A stretch of 64,000 bases of DNA from Marsupella aquatica (GCA_973895155.1 OZ316896.1:16058576-16122575), one strand, 5' to 3'; shown: positions 12,001 to 25,771, numbered from the stretch's first letter. Translations and numbers: made by a program. The notes: generated by a model not told the origin, from the letters alone.

Positions 12001-13049
12001 ATGCAGGTGTATTTTAGTTAGTTAGGTTTTGTGTACAAGCTGTTGACAATGAAATTCTGTCCAGGAATTTGCCAATCAGGGAATTGTCCTGTTGTGCCGA
12101 TTTGTCATGCAAGGATTGGAAGGAGGCCAAAAACCAGAACTCTTGCAGGTTTGTGATTGTTTGAGCTTTCTTTGCTCCTACTTCATTACTTAGTTGGTAA
12201 TTGTTTTGAGATTCTTCTATCATGCTCTATTTAGTTTCTATGCTCGGCGTGTCACAAACGATCCTTTCTGTGATCCAAATGCATGAGTTATTGGTGGGCT
12301 ATCGCTGGCGAACGGACAAAGAGTACATCAAGGATTGATTCATGAATGGCCGGTGGATGGTTTTGGCATGCAGGGTTTCCATGCCTACTCGAGGACAAGG
12401 TTGGAGCGGACAGCATCTACACCATTTTTGGCATCATCAGGATTGAAGGTTAGTGTTAATGTCAAGTTAAGGTTATAATAATGACTATGTAATAGGTACT
12501 TTCAAAGTTCTCACACGAAAGCATCTGTTTACCAAATTATTGTGTTTCTTCATCCATTTTTATTGCTTTTAAGCCCCTTGTCTGTTTTCTGAGGTTGAGG
12601 ATAAAAACCTACAACTTGTAAGTTTTTTAATAAAATCATAGTCCGATGCAGGCTTCTGATTTCCTATGACAATTGAAATTCTGCTGCAGGAGTTGCAGAG
12701 TATTTCTGAGAAACTGTTGATGGGATCTGGTCAAAGTCCTATTGACGCTACATCCAACAACAGTAGCCCCAGTTTGCAAAGAGCTCTTACCACGAGTGCA
12801 CTTGCTTTTATTCCCAGGTGCATGTTCTCCACTTTCTTTCAAAGATTATGATATCCCCATTTGATGATTGTCATTCTCGTATCTGTATGCTTTGTGTATT
12901 CTGCTTGGTGGAGTTCCCTTAGAATGCCACAATTTAGTCTGTAGAAACTGCCTTTAGGGCATTCTCTGGCTCTGCTGAAGCATCTGGTTGAAAGACAATT
13001 GACATCATTATCCCTGTGTTGTTAATCCAGATCAACTTCTAAGAAATGA
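9070..13049 (+). CDS. DUF1664-family protein (plant coiled-coil/bZIP-like uncharacterised protein), ~13 coding exons
   Basis: Spliced translation MTMQAGLGASKLLILVGAGLGGSIVLRNSKISDLL...AQVRRLTMELRQLAASNRPITVVNG...PAAVIGVAGYGYMWLRGWSLSDVMYVTKRNMNNAVASMGKQLDSVSSAL..TTKRQLTSRLD...EGKIDEVAEKQEFANQGIVLLCRFV...STSKK*, with GT-AG junctions. GYGYMW.KG....D.MYVTKRNM is the family signature. Confidence 0.88.
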
Positions 13050-15205
13050 CGCTATGCAGAGAAAAGTTGAAAATTACACGGGAGGATTTTACCTCAATAA
13101 CACCGGTTCACACATTTTTGTCAAATTGAGGGGTGCACATGACAGAACTCCCAATCTCTGGGTCCATAGATAGAAGGACTGCTGGGAAAGGTTGGAAACC
13201 TTTTGGTGACTGGTTGCTGGGCAGCGCGTCGTGAGTGATCTCATGGTCTTATCTATCCAAGTCAGATGCTGTCCTTTAATGTAGTAATTTTAGTTAGGGC
13301 TGGCCAGTAGCCCAATATATATCAGAGTATTGTGTTGGGTTGAAATCCACCCCTCATAGCGACGAAACTGCCTGGCAAAGTCTGGCAGGCAGTCAATTGA
13401 TTGCAGTTTGTCATCTTGGTGCTGTAGGTGTGGAATGGGAAATATCCATGCTCCGAGTCTGCGCGTTTGATTTTGATGATAGAAACTTTACTTAGTCCTG
13501 TTGGAAATTCAAGGGGATTCCGTTGGTCCAAGGATGCCCCCTCTCTGTAGTCCCTTGTTTTGGCGTTACTGTGTACAGTTGAAATTGCAGAGGTGGGGTC
13601 TTGTCTGGTCCCGGGATTTTGACGAAGTTGGTGCTCTGCTGCGTTGAAAGGAATCTGACTGGGTCGCTGTTGAATTGTATCCTCAGTTCAACTTTTCAAC
13701 TGACAGTCATTCTGTGAAAATGATTTGCGGATTTCGGCAGAGGAAGAGTCAGTCGCGCATTGAGATGGACAAGTGTATTTGAGATCTGAGTTTAGGGGTC
13801 CACATTGTTATACAGTTTGTCGTACGAGCAAGATTAGTCATGAGCCATGCACTGGTGTTAAGTACTTCACGGTGTCGCGGCGAAGATCCGCTGCACTGCT
13901 AGACAAATTCATAATCCATAAAGAGCTGTGTTGGGATTCGAGAGTATGTCACTGCAATCCCTCTCCGCTGCCTGATTTGGTAGAAGAAGTTCTTGTAGGT
14001 AAAGGAAGAACCTGGTTTATCAGGAATCCTTGTCACCGACTATTGTGGGGGGCTGTAGCCGGAATCTGTGGGATGACACATGCTAGACATGCTAGGTCAT
14101 GGCTCTTCGATTTACATTCGATTCTTGAACATTTTTCCCTGCCCTTCCTATCCGAGCAATTGTGTACCGATTGCCGTGGCCCTTGTTGATGTCATGCAAG
14201 AATGCTTTAGAGAGGCAGTGTTTGGAAATTTTTCCCTGGCTGGAAAAAATCTGCGAGATAAGGTTTTAGGGTCGATGTTGTAAGAGACGACGACATGCTG
14301 GCCTTAAGTCTAGGCCCAGGGCAGAGTGAACGCTTCGTGCTCTGCTCTTTAGTGCCCAGAATCCTGAAACGCACGGCAGCTCGATCAGCTTGTCGTGCTC
14401 AGGTCCTAGCTCGTCCCTCCTCAAGCTAAGCTCCTCAACCAAGGACTCACTGAATCGCGTACCCAACTGCGACTTCTGATGATTAACTATTCACACCGAC
14501 TATGAATCGTTATCCTGTCATCGTTCATAAAATAACAGATATGGTTTTACCATGTCAGGCCAAGCAAGCAAACCAGCGTCGCCATAAAGACTAGGTTTCA
14601 GTCTTGGGCCCCCATTAAGAAGGATGAGAATTGCTCTATTCAATATTGCCCACACTTGAAAACCTTGTGATGTTCCGCCGTCCAAATAATGAAGACTGTT
14701 TGTTTCCTGCTCTCTCTATTGAGAGCCAACTTTTGGCACAACCCTATACAATGCGGTCATTGGGACTGTGTGCTGCTAAGGGATCTGTATCCATCGTGTA
14801 AGAGAATTCCCACTTCTTTCGTCAAATGACTCTCTGGAGACTGCTTGAGTAGCACAAACTCGTCACTTCTAGTTTTGTATTCCCACCAGGATGGCCTAAT
14901 TATCAAACCTTCTTGAGGATTTGCCTCTTGTCTGCCAGAACAGGTGATTATGGTCGTGCATTGTTGTTTTTGGCAGACCTTGCCAAATTGGACCAATTGA
15001 CGAGGTTCAATAGTTGTGAAACCTGTGCATGTTTCTGCTGCCTATGAAATTGACAGCAGACCAGGGTGTTACCTTGCACGAGTTTCAGTAGTGTGTTTGG
15101 TTCAGATAGTAGTGTGAGGGCGTTGAGTGCCCACAAAACTTGTGACATGTTTTCAACTTGTGACATGCTTCTGTACAAATCTAGAGCCATGGCTGTGTGC
15201 TGTAA

Positions 15206-15338
15206 CTCACTTGAGTTGAGACTCATAGACCTAAAGTTGTGAGACTCATAAGCCTGGGGTTTCACAGATTTACTCACTTGAGTTGAGACTCATAGACCTA
15301 AAGTTGTGAGACTCATAAGCCTGGGGTTTCACAGATTT
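15206..15338. repeat. Two-copy tandem duplication, ~66-bp unit
   Basis: ACTCACTTGAGTTGAGACTCATAGACC...GGGGTTTCACAGATTT repeated exactly. Confidence 0.9.
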
Positions 15339-18300
15339 TCCTTTAAATTTATTGTAAAAAAACTTGTGACATGCGGTGGCCTTAGTGTGTGCATTGATAG
15401 CAAATTTTTATGTCAAATTGTTTTATCTATCTGAGTTCAGAAGTCAAACATTATGGTACATGCAATATAGACTCCTATGCAATGGAGTCAAGTGAATTGC
15501 AATGTCACAATCATGTCTTGATTTATTAAGTAAATAAACTAAAAATAATAATTAATAATTGAGACAATGCCCTAAGGTTGTGTACCGTCGTAGCCTCCAT
15601 TTTTAAAGTAAAAACCTTACAGTGGTAGGCTCCAATCGGCAAACACGATTCAATCTTATTTCATACGCAACAATACAATAAAATACAATAATGTATAGTA
15701 AAGACTTCGACAATATTTATACCACGTATGTCTGGATTGGGCAGCCCAATGACCTCGTTATTGGAGACGACGTGCCTGATTAATACGATTCCCTTTTCGA
15801 GTTTGGATTGAGTGCTCGGCAGCTCATGGAAAACCTAACAGTGTCACGGCATCCTAAAGATAGCACACAATCACGTACTCTCAGTGAGGTACAGTTAACT
15901 CTCTCTAAGTGCACACTCTTAGCATGTAGAGAGGGCCAACTGCATTTCCCTTTTTGTCTCACTCCTGTCGTAACCTGTAACTTATCACTGTTGTAATGTA
16001 CCTCTTGTGTCATGACCCTCCATATTATCCTCTTGTTTTCTTGATGTTTCGAGCAAATACTCCTCCCTTCCTAACCCTCTCAGAGGGGTCTATTGTGCCT
16101 AGAATTACTGCTCGGATGGGCCACTCCCATGAACCTTAGACCCTGAGTAAAACTACATTTTTTTAGAGAGATATGCTTAGTAGACCCCCTTCTGGAAATG
16201 CTTAACCCCTTCGATACTTTTCCCCAATCTCGACCGTTGATGGACCTCAGGGGGTCGATCAAGTCACACACAATGAACTCCTCCTACCCCGAGCCCTCAT
16301 AGGGTACTATTCATTTTGATAAACTACTCTATGTAATCGTCCACTGCAGTTATCAATTTTTGCTGCTTATGTGCACTATAGTAAAGGATAATTGCCTGTA
16401 TGAAATTATAGATAGAAATGCCCTTATTGCCCAATTCAAGAATGAAAGGGGCCAGATTGGAAAGGAAATCGATAGGGGACAATGGGCAAAGTTGAAGGTT
16501 TTAGACCCAAATGAGATTTTGCTCTCCCATGGGATGCACTAAACATTCCAACGCAGCTTGGGTGGGATACATTACCATCCTGAAGGCCACCCAAAACCTA
16601 CCTGATTATCTATAAAAATATCACACTTTTTCTCTCATTTGTTAGTGAAGTGAATTATAGAGGGAACAAATACAAAATGAAACTTTTAGACAGCCCTGAG
16701 AAAAGAAAGTTAGGGTCATTTTTTAATGGCCAAAAGCCATCATCACCCATATAAATATGAGACGAGGCTATTCAAGACAACCCGAAAAGCAAGGAAAAAA
16801 TATACTCACAATCGATGGGTGTGTTTTACAAGATCTAGAAAATGCGGCAGATCGCGAATCCACGGCTGATAACTCGGCCCACTGTTTCTGGAAGCGGGGA
16901 CGGGTATGCGCCTATGCGGGCGGAGTGGCCACCAAACGGATAATGGTGAGCCGGTCGCCATGGCTCGACCTACGGGACGCTTCAGTTCAGCTGTCAGATG
17001 AGAGTCACGACGGCAACGGAGCTAAAGCCGGTGGGACAAAGATCGACGGTAAACGGAGCGTTTTCTCTGTCCAGGGAGGCTGGAGATCGTCGATCTAAAT
17101 CCCGTCTAACTGCGGTTAATTAAAGGACGTAGTGCGTGCCCCAGGGTGCAGTTTGATTTTGCTCGCGGCATGTAGGAATTGTTTGCCGGTGATGCTTTGG
17201 TGCTGTTTTCTTCGTTGTTCGTCTTTCTGGTCGTTTTGTTGCCTTCGAGCGCTGCAGAGCTTTATCTAGAGCTCGAGGGAGTGATCTCACTGAACAGAGT
17301 GGTCGCTTCCTCGCTTCGTTGTTGTCGAGAGGGCGCAGAAGCACCGAAGCTCGAGAGCAGCGAAGCAGGAAAGGCCAGAGTCGCCTGTCACCTGTGTTGT
17401 GATCGTTTCCCAGGACTCATTCCGGATCTCCTTTCGGAGGACCACGGCGACGACGAGGAAAACCAGGAGAGTCTGAGAGGGTTGGAAACTTTGGGTTCAA
17501 CTGTTCGACTTTTTAATAAAACCCGAGGTTTCTGTCGGCTGGAAACTTGCCTCTGTTGTGAGGATGATCGCGGCTCGATTCACTTGAACTGTGGGACTAC
17601 TCTCGTCCGCCTGCTGGCTGGGCTGCCCCTGCCCGCCCGCCACGTTTCGCCGGTCTCACTCGTCGTGGTCGACTTTTATCTGTCGAGCATCCGTGGGGGT
17701 GAGGGTATTAGGGCGATTGTGAGGAGTGCCGATGAGCTGAGGCATTGTCGTCGGTTACGGGGAATTTGAATGGAAGCTTGAGCACCGATTGGGCGAGACG
17801 CAGGAGGATACCATCATTTTAAAAACTTGTTGGTTCTCGGAAATGGTGCCAATGGCAGTGTTTTTCTGCGTCCGGCGGTGAAGTTTTAGAGCTTTGGTCA
17901 GTACAGAGTCACGAGGATTGCACCGCGGGGCTGATAGTCGGCGGAATAGAGGTGAGAGGAACTTGGTATTGCTTTTACGTGGAGCTTTGACATAACGGGA
18001 CGAACGAAAATTGAGCCAAATTGCATGCGAGCTCTTGCACGCCGCGGGACGCGTTGGCTGTTCAACTGCGAAAATGAAATATCTTTATTTTTTTCGAAAT
18101 ATTTCACTAGAAGCCGATTGCGTAGATCTGCTGAATGAGGACCCTTTCATCTTCGGTGAATCCTTTTAAAGTCTAGTTAGCAGTGACTCAATACTTGATA
18201 TGTAGTCTACCTTGAGCATCAAGGCTAGTATTATCCGCATTGATGCAGCCGTCAGGGTAGCCTTTCTGGAGATTTGGACTAAACCCCGCTACGGGTGTAA

Positions 18301-18537
18301 TGTGAAAACCCTTCTTATTGTTTTAAATTTCCAATAGTGAGTGCGTTCTCGAGCCGGATTTTGGATCGGCCGTTTATCTGGTCTGTATTTTTGGAGAGAG
18401 ATTTCCTCATGATGTTGTCGATCCCCTTCTGTTGCCATTATGCTGGAGATACCTTTCGCCCTTCTCTCCCATATCTCTGAGATTGATTCGTCGTGGAATT
18501 GCAGCATCTCAGGAATACGACGCTATAAGAGGAGGTC

Positions 18538-21500
18538 ATGGAAAGGAGGGACAATACCGCTTACTGTCAGACTTCTCCTCTGTATGTCGACGGCAAGGAC
18601 GCTGCGTCGTCTACTTTCGTGACTCTTGCAGAAGAGGCGAAGGCAGCGACGAAGGAGGTCAAAGCACCTAGCAATGCTGTTTTGAGCATATGCAAATCTC
18701 TAGTCGCCGGTGGTGTTGCCGGGGGAGTGTAAGTTTCGCGAGACCAGTGTGTCGGCAGTTTCGACTATGATCCCAGTCAGCCTTGTGACATGATTTTGTT
18801 ACCTTAATTCCCTTTCTAGTGTGTCGCATTCTCCTTGGAACGCAGAATGGATTGTCCTCTGCTCGTTCGAAGCAGGTGAAGATCATAGGGGTTAGCCTTG
18901 CAAGTCAGTCTAGATTGTCATATACATCTGCCATGACAGACGATTGATGAGTTCAGCAGTTCTGTTTGTTGAACTGATCGGGAAACCCCAAACCCCATGA
19001 TAGAGAATACGAAGGTGTTTATCGCCATGCTTTTGGGTGACCGGGAACGAGGTTTCTTTCTTCGCCCTTAACACGTCCCGCATTTTCTGCGAGACGAAGA
19101 CAGGATTCCCTGATCTGTGTCTTTCTATGACCGTGTCTGTTGTGTGAAATGAGGATTGATTTGAAGGTCATGCTTACCTCAAACTTTTACCGAGGACAGG
19201 TTTTGGTTGGCAGTTCATGTTAGGGGATGATCTAGGCCTCGCTTGGTTGAGACTTCCGGTGATGGTACCGCTCGAAGTTGAACTTATTGATGACAGAGGA
19301 CACGCCCGCTTGCTGGATAGCTTAGGTCTGGCATAAAAGTCATTAGAGTGTGGGGCTGTCTCATAAAAGTCAGTAAAATGGCCGGCTTCTTTAGCATTGA
19401 AACTGTTTTCGGAACGCAGTGTCATGTGAGGTATCCTCGCTGCTCATTTGACGTAGTCTGTTTTAAATAGACAGGAATATATGTAATGCTCTCATCCCCT
19501 TGTTGTTTTAATTTCAGGTCTCGCTCTGCTGTTGCTCCACTCGAGCGCCTGAAAATTCTTCTGCAGGTGCTTTACTTTTGACGCCTCGCATACTAGTTTT
19601 GCTATATTCTATTGTTATGTATCGATGTATCGCCGTTTCTTTTCTCTCTGCCAATCTACCTCGGCCTACATTTGGCTAATTGGCCCCCTTAGCATCATTG
19701 CAATAGGCAGGCCTCTGTTTTGTAATTTTCCATTCATTGGTGTTGGCCGCTCTAATGATTAAGTCTTAAAGCTAACTTTGCCGTTAAATTGGTAGCTCTT
19801 TGAATTCGTTCAAGTAACTTCTCAGCCAGAACACGTTATGTTCAATCTCAAATGCGTACGCGGCTTGACAGTTTCTTTTAGGGTTGAGAGTTCGCGTAGG
19901 CTTTGGTTCATTTGTGTGGACTGTTGGAATGAGATTGGCATAACCATTGCCTACATAGTAGTCAACCTTAGGCATATGTGCCTGGTCAAGATGCCTAGCT
20001 TGTAACCAGACTTGTCAGTGGCCTCATCTGTATATGTTTATACGGGTGGTTCATTGCAGTTTCTGAAAGTGCTCAAGCTGCTCACTACTTGGTGGTATCT
20101 TCCGCTTGTTTCCTGCACCAGTATGGGTATACGACTGATACTCCAGAGTGTGATTTACTTCGTACGAAAGTCCAATGATCAAAATGTCTAGTTATATTCT
20201 ATCCCAAAGAAAGTAAAATCAGTTCTTTTTAGGGAGCAGCTGAGAGTCAAGCTGGCCGAAAGCAAGGCCTTGAATGTGGTGGGAGTGGAAGCAGAACTTA
20301 ATCATTGGGCCATTTACAGCAGCGAAGATTAATATGGAATTTCCCAAGCATCTGAAGTGATGCCTCCTACCCTGTTGATTTGAAGTACTTTGCGTGACAA
20401 TTTCTGTGCTTTGGATGTTGCAGGTGCAAAATCCTTATGCCCCAAAGTACAGTGGAATGATCCAGGGTTTGAAGTCAATATGGCAAACAGAGGGTGTAAA
20501 AGGATTCTTTAAAGGCAATGGGACAAATTGTGCGAGAATCATTCCGAACTCTGCCGTCAAATTCTACAGTTATGAGCAGGCTTCAAAGTAAGTTGCTTCC
20601 CATTGGTTGTAGTGCATTGCAACCTACGTTAATAGTTTTATCTGAGACATTTTCAGCTCAAATGCTGCGCTTCGTTTTCGGCGAAAGTGGCATTTCCTGA
20701 CGAATCAGTTTTCAATGAGTGTTGAATGGAATAAATGGTTGGGTATGTTGAATCTAGGTTGGTGCTAACCGCTTCATTAATTTTGCTATTCATTCCGCAG
20801 ATCAATTTTGTGGGCGTACCGTCGCCACTCTGGTCAACGTAAGTCTTTTTACTGTGATTAAGGGTGTTACACTCTGTCAGAAGATTCGTCAGTGGCCTTG
20901 TTAACTCTCCCATACAGCGACTTGCGTATTGTTTGAAGGTCCTCATTTATCTGTTACCGTAGCTGGTTCAGTCACGATTTTTGCTGTGCTTTATAATATC
21001 TTTTGCCGAGAGCAATGTTATATGCTCGCTTTTTGGTATCCGTCCGTAACTTCCAGTATGTCGTTTAAGGTGCTTCCAGTCCTGATTTTCTCGTCCAGTT
21101 GACATGCCGAGGAAAGCTGCAAACATGTGGTCTATTGGGATGTGTTATCAGAGGATGCTGAGCTTACACCAGTTTTAAGACTTGGTGCCGGAGCATGCGC
21201 GGGCATTATTGCAATGTCAGCAACATATCCAATGGATATGGTTCGAGGAAGATTGACGGTGCAGGTAACTGGATTGTTCTTACTCGCTCTGTAGCTCCTG
21301 CTTCTTACAGGAGCAAGAAAAACTCTGTCAAGCGTATTTTCGCAATGTATTTCTTAATTGCTCGCCCTTCCTTCGTTTTGCTTCTCAGAATTTGATGTCA
21401 GAAACGGTTTTCAAGGTAAGGAACTGAGTGCTATTGTTCTGAATGGTTCCTTAAATCGCAGAACGAGGCTGGAGCATGTATCACTTTTCGTGAAAGTAAT

Positions 21501-22853
21501 GACTTTTGTCTGCAAGTTTGACTTCTTTATGGGAGGATTGTACATTTCTCTTCCTAAACATGTGCACATTGTTGGGCAGACTGCAGATGCCCCTCATCGT
21601 TATCGAGGCATGTTTCATGCCTTTGCGACCATAATGAAAGAGGAGGGTGCGTTAGCAGTGTACAAGGGATGGTTACCGTCTGTAATTGGAGTTGTAAGTA
21701 CAACTCCACGTGTTTTGCTTCTGAGCTGTGCTATAGTTTAATGTTCCCCTGGAGGAAGCAGCTTGTAGCCTATGAACTTTTTTAATAGAACGCTTCAACA
21801 TATTTGTTTTCAATGCCAGTCAGTTTGGGGTTTAGGGTTTAGGTTTTAGGTGTCCTAGCCCATGGCCTTATGTCGCGTACGATATCTATCTCCTGCACTG
21901 AGCGTGTTACTACTTCTTCTCCACACCGATACACTCCTCATGCTCCCCTCCTCTCTCCTCCCTCCCCCTCCCTCAATCGGAAACCAGGGGGAAGTATACG
22001 AGCTTCTGTATAAATGACATCCATGCAGTTCCCAGTCCTCTTTAAAAAACTTAAAACCTCGTTTGAGAGAAGATAGTCAAAATAGGAAACACGGTGTTGA
22101 ACTTGCAACAGGATAGTACGTTTTGCTGGAATGATCTACTTACTGCATCTTTTGGTGCGGTTGCAAATGATGATCTTAGGGTTGCAGTTTTTCACATTAA
22201 TTTGACCGTGTCCATAATGCTGTTGAAAGGATTTCTACTAGTGCTGTGATTCAATTTTTTGAGGCCTGACTTATACCTTGAACTGATTGCGTGTCCTGTG
22301 TACATTGCAGATCCCATATGTGGGTTTAAATTTCGCAGTATACGAATCTCTCAAGGATCACGTTGTGAAGAGTCCAATGTATAAAGCGAAGGATGAGTCT
22401 GAATTAGGAGTGGTAACCAAGCTGCTATGTGGAGCTGCTGCAGGCACTGTTGGCCAGACCGTAGCTTATCCTTTAGATGTTGTTCGAAGACGAATGCAAA
22501 TGTCTGGCTGGAAAGATGCCTCACCTGTTCTCATGGCCGATGGGACTGTCAAAGCACCTGTGCAATACAAAGGCATGATAGATGCTTTCAGACAAACAGT
22601 TAGACATGAAGGCTTTCTGGCTCTATACAAGGGACTCCTACCCAACTCTGTGAAGGTAAAGATCTTTACTTTTGACTCGTTAAGTGCCTTCAACTTTTTC
22701 ATGCCGCAATTTACAAACTCATGCTTGTTGCATAAGTGGGTCACCAGTCATCGGATTTCTCTTTTGCAGGTGGTTCCATCGATCTCTCTAGCGTTTGTTA
22801 CATATGAGTTTATGAAAGATCTTCTTGGAGTTGAGATACGGATTACAGAGTAG
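18538..22853 (+). CDS. ADNT1: Mitochondrial carrier family protein, adenine nucleotide transporter ADNT1-like (8 coding exons)
   Basis: Exons give ...VTLAEEAK...[35 protein letters not shown]...[18 protein letters not shown]...[34 protein letters not shown]...[27 protein letters not shown]...[16 protein letters not shown]...[13 protein letters not shown]...EIRITE*. All three Px[DE]xx[KR] carrier motifs are present. Confidence 0.93.
21823..21851 (+). repeat. Short degenerate interstitial telomere-like repeat in an ADNT1 intron
   Basis: GTTTGGGGTTTAGGGTTTAGGTTTTAGG (TTTAGGG variants). Confidence 0.55.
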
Positions 22854-23459
22854 GCAATTTTGGGCTGGTCTCTTTTGAGGTCATTCAAAAGATTTGGCAG
22901 GAAATGGACATCTTTCAGGTGCGGTTGCTGCCTGGTGGAGAGTATTACAGGCACCAGGGGTGTTTGAAAGAGACTTGATCATGACTGGTTGCGTCGGGGA
23001 AAAGCCCTGTGTTTTACTACCGTTCTTGACAAGTCCAGCTTCCTCCACCAATTGTGGTATGCCATACATGGTAGGATGTCTTTAGAAAGAAGTTAGCCTG
23101 TTTATTAGAGGAGAGGTCTTGCCCTGTACAGCTCAGGCAGGCAGATTTGCCGATCGAATGAATTGATTTTTTGAACGGACGTTGAGAAAGAGCTGAGCAG
23201 GGCTCATTGTAAGATAGCATGAGTGAGCAAATGAAAGGTTGATACTACCCCTTGTTTGGGTGGACTGCTGCACCCTGGGTTAAATTAGGGTGGCGGTTAC
23301 TTTCCTGAGCTGTCGGTTCTGTAACCTCATCACACCTTGAGCTTTGGATTTCCTTGTTTCGATATTTTTCACTTGTGTCGTTAATGTTTGAGTTTCGATA
23401 TGCCCTCTGGGGAAGATGGTTTACAATGAGGATGAGATTCCGGGAAAGTTTCTTATGGA

Positions 23460-23553
23460 TTACTGTTCCGCCCCATCCACGTTGTGCGTTGTATTTGGCG
23501 TGGCGATTACTGTTGCGCCCCATCCACGTTGTGCGTTGTATTTGGCGTGGCGA
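23460..23553. repeat. Two-copy tandem duplication, ~47-bp unit
   Basis: TTACTGTT(C/G)CGCCCCATCCACGTTGTGCGTTGTATTTGGCGTGGCGA occurs twice. Confidence 0.88.
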
Positions 23554-23856
23554 GTTCAAGCTCCTAACTTCCGGAGGGTGCATCATTAAGGGAGGTGCAC
23601 GTCGAAAATGTAGGAATATTTCTGGAGTTTTAGTGAGAAAATCTTTTCACTGGTGCCTAAGGCTTGTAAATCCACGAGTGCACGAATGAGATTTTGATTT
23701 TGATCCGCCACGTTCGTGAGGTATCAAATATCGTTCAGGGCAGAAAACATACTACTACAAATCATCACTGGGCCGAATTATGTCCAGGTAGATTCAGTGC
23801 TTTGGCCTGTCAGGATGGAAACCTTGAAATCTGGGTTGGTTGTAAATATATACATC

Positions 23857-24016
23857 CAGTAGACATATAAAAAAAGTCGCTCATTATCCAGGAAGCCGAA
23901 CTGGTCACCTGGGTTGTAGGGACGTGGTTTTACCGGCCAGTAGACATAAAAAAAGTCGCTCATTATCCAGGAAGCCGACCTGGTCACCTGGGTTGTAGGG
24001 ACGTGGTTTTACCGGC
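23857..24016. repeat. Two-copy tandem duplication, ~80-bp unit
   Basis: CCAGTAGACAT...GTCGCTCATTATCCAGGAAGCCGA...GGTTTTACCGG occurs twice. Confidence 0.9.
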
Positions 24017-24546
24017 TTTTACTGTGGGCCTCCTACGCTCCCCGGATTCTACACTGGTAATGTCATGGGAAGTGGTGCAAGTTCATGGTAACGGGATCAT
24101 GGGATTGGTTCCTACTTATTTGTTGTACTCGTGGGATTGGTTTGCCCTCATCCATACTCTGAAAGGAACCGTGGTCTGCGTTCCCAAGGTTAGTACACTA
24201 ACCCCTTGGTGCCCCACTGGGACTGGACTTTGTGTCCTAAGACTTGTTTACTAAAGGAGGCGGACCTTACAAACGCAAATCGCAGTCATGAGACTCCCAA
24301 CAGGATAAGCATGCAAGTTCAGCACGCAATTTTGATTGTCTTTTTAGCCGTAGAGATCGCTTCTATCAATTCTTCACTCAAACAACAGACGATGAGGAAG
24401 AATCAGTTTCGACAAATTCTGCATCTTCGTCATTTTCCTCTTCGTCTTCTGGTTCTTCATTTGCAAAAAGCTGTTTGAATAGGATGTAGCCGGTGGATCC
24501 TACATCTTCGTCCTCTTCCACCTCATCTTCGAGTTCTTCATGAGCT

Positions 24547-24558
24547 ATTATATAAACC
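24547..24558 (+). promoter_or_regulatory. Candidate TATA box of the intronless ORF
   Basis: TATTATATAAAC about 60 bp upstream of the ATG at 24613. Confidence 0.5.
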
Positions 24559-24612
24559 CATCGATGTTCTTTGCAGCTCCTCTCGGCTTGAGTTTCTCGT
24601 ACTGGATTCGAC

Positions 24613-25644
24613 ATGGACAAGAGTAATCATGCTCCAACTGCCCTTCAACGGCTGATCAACGAGCCGAAAGGCAAGATCGAGTATGCTCCGGGTGAGGCGT
24701 TTTTGCTTCATGTGTTTTGGGAAGCACCCAACATGGCAGCAGCTCGTCAGTTGCTCGATGGACTGAAGCAATGTGCTCACGCTACTCATCGTGATACCCC
24801 GTGCGTGCCTTCTTACTTCTTCCGCATCTCCAACAACGACGCGGAGCTGTGTGGCCCTCCTCCCAAGACCGTCTCAGAGTACCCGCATCTCCGTGACGCG
24901 AAAAAGAAATTACAGGTGGGCATTCCACGACCTGCCGTCGTCGCAGACCTCATCAGAAGCGGGCTTGATCCGGACCTCGTGGATCTGGATTTAGAGGCTG
25001 AGCTTCCGGCATCTCTGCAAGGTCAGCAGCCTGTGGCTGTTGAGTTCACCGAGATTTATCTTGATGAGCGTGCGTTCATGGAGCATGTGGGGTCACGGGA
25101 TTACCTCGAAGGGTACGGAGTTGTCTTGAGACCAGCACTGCAAAACCGCCCACCTTATACTATCCGGCTTGGTACGCCTCCTGCTTCCGTCGTTGAGAAA
25201 ATTCTCGAGCCGATTCTCAAGGAGGTCGTAGTACAACTTGCCGAGGGGTGTACTGTGTGGAAACTACCGAAGAGCAGCAGTAGGGATGGTGTAATGTTGT
25301 CTGTTGACTTCACTACTACAAGCAATGATAGCTGCAAAGTGGCAGCGGCTCTACCGACTGCCTTCCTCGATTACTGCACAACGTGTGTGACTTTCGCTCA
25401 CCCGGGACGCGATTTTACAACCCGCCTGCTGTGTGTGTTGTCGTCTCTGCCACCTCTTGATGTTCTTCCGAGTCTTGCGGCCCTCAGTCCCGTGAGAGGA
25501 GAGGCGCATGTGACTAACGGCGACGAAAGAACAGCAAAGGTCGTCCGAGATGCACTGATAGCATCGGGGCTCGGTATAGTTACCGTGAACGCTAGTGACT
25601 GCGTTGGATATGTTCTGCATGAGCGAGCTCCTGAGTTGCATTAG
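24613..25644 (+). CDS. Intronless 343-aa uncharacterised protein; N-terminal half resembles an ABM/Dabb-like alpha+beta domain
   Basis: Longest uninterrupted ORF in the window, with normal amino-acid composition and an upstream TATA. The segments LLHVFW...ATHRDTPCVPSYFF and VEFTEIYLDERAFMEH resemble the ABM-like pattern; this fold assignment is inference. Confidence 0.75.
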   Translation: MDKSNHAPTALQRLINEPKGKIEYAPGEAFLLHVFWEAPNMAAARQLLDGLKQCAHATHRDTPCVPSYFFRISNNDAELCGPPPKTVSEYPHLRDAKKKLQVGIPRPAVVADLIRSGLDPDLVDLDLEAELPASLQGQQPVAVEFTEIYLDERAFMEHVGSRDYLEGYGVVLRPALQNRPPYTIRLGTPPASVVEKILEPILKEVVVQLAEGCTVWKLPKSSSRDGVMLSVDFTTTSNDSCKVAAALPTAFLDYCTTCVTFAHPGRDFTTRLLCVLSSLPPLDVLPSLAALSPVRGEAHVTNGDERTAKVVRDALIASGLGIVTVNASDCVGYVLHERAPELH

Positions 25645-25771
25645 CAACTCTTGATGATGGAGACAGTTTTAATTCATCAATTGATGATAGACGGACCTGT
25701 GTGGGCGGGTGCCTGGGATGCTTTTACTTGCAGACACGGGGTTGAATGGGGTTTGCGTGAGGTCACAGGGT

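Noticed and set aside
13773-14996. Several 65-140-aa ORFs between the DUF1664 gene and ADNT1
   Set aside because: No recognisable family motifs, frequent stops and no coherent exon chain. They may be decayed transposon sequence but I cannot support a call.
15842-16020. TGTCACGG-starting segment resembling an LTR
   Set aside because: No matching CA terminus with a TSD could be identified.
17179-17769. 196-aa ORF upstream of ADNT1
   Set aside because: Non-ATG start and no recognisable motifs. The region more likely corresponds to the ADNT1 5' UTR/leader.
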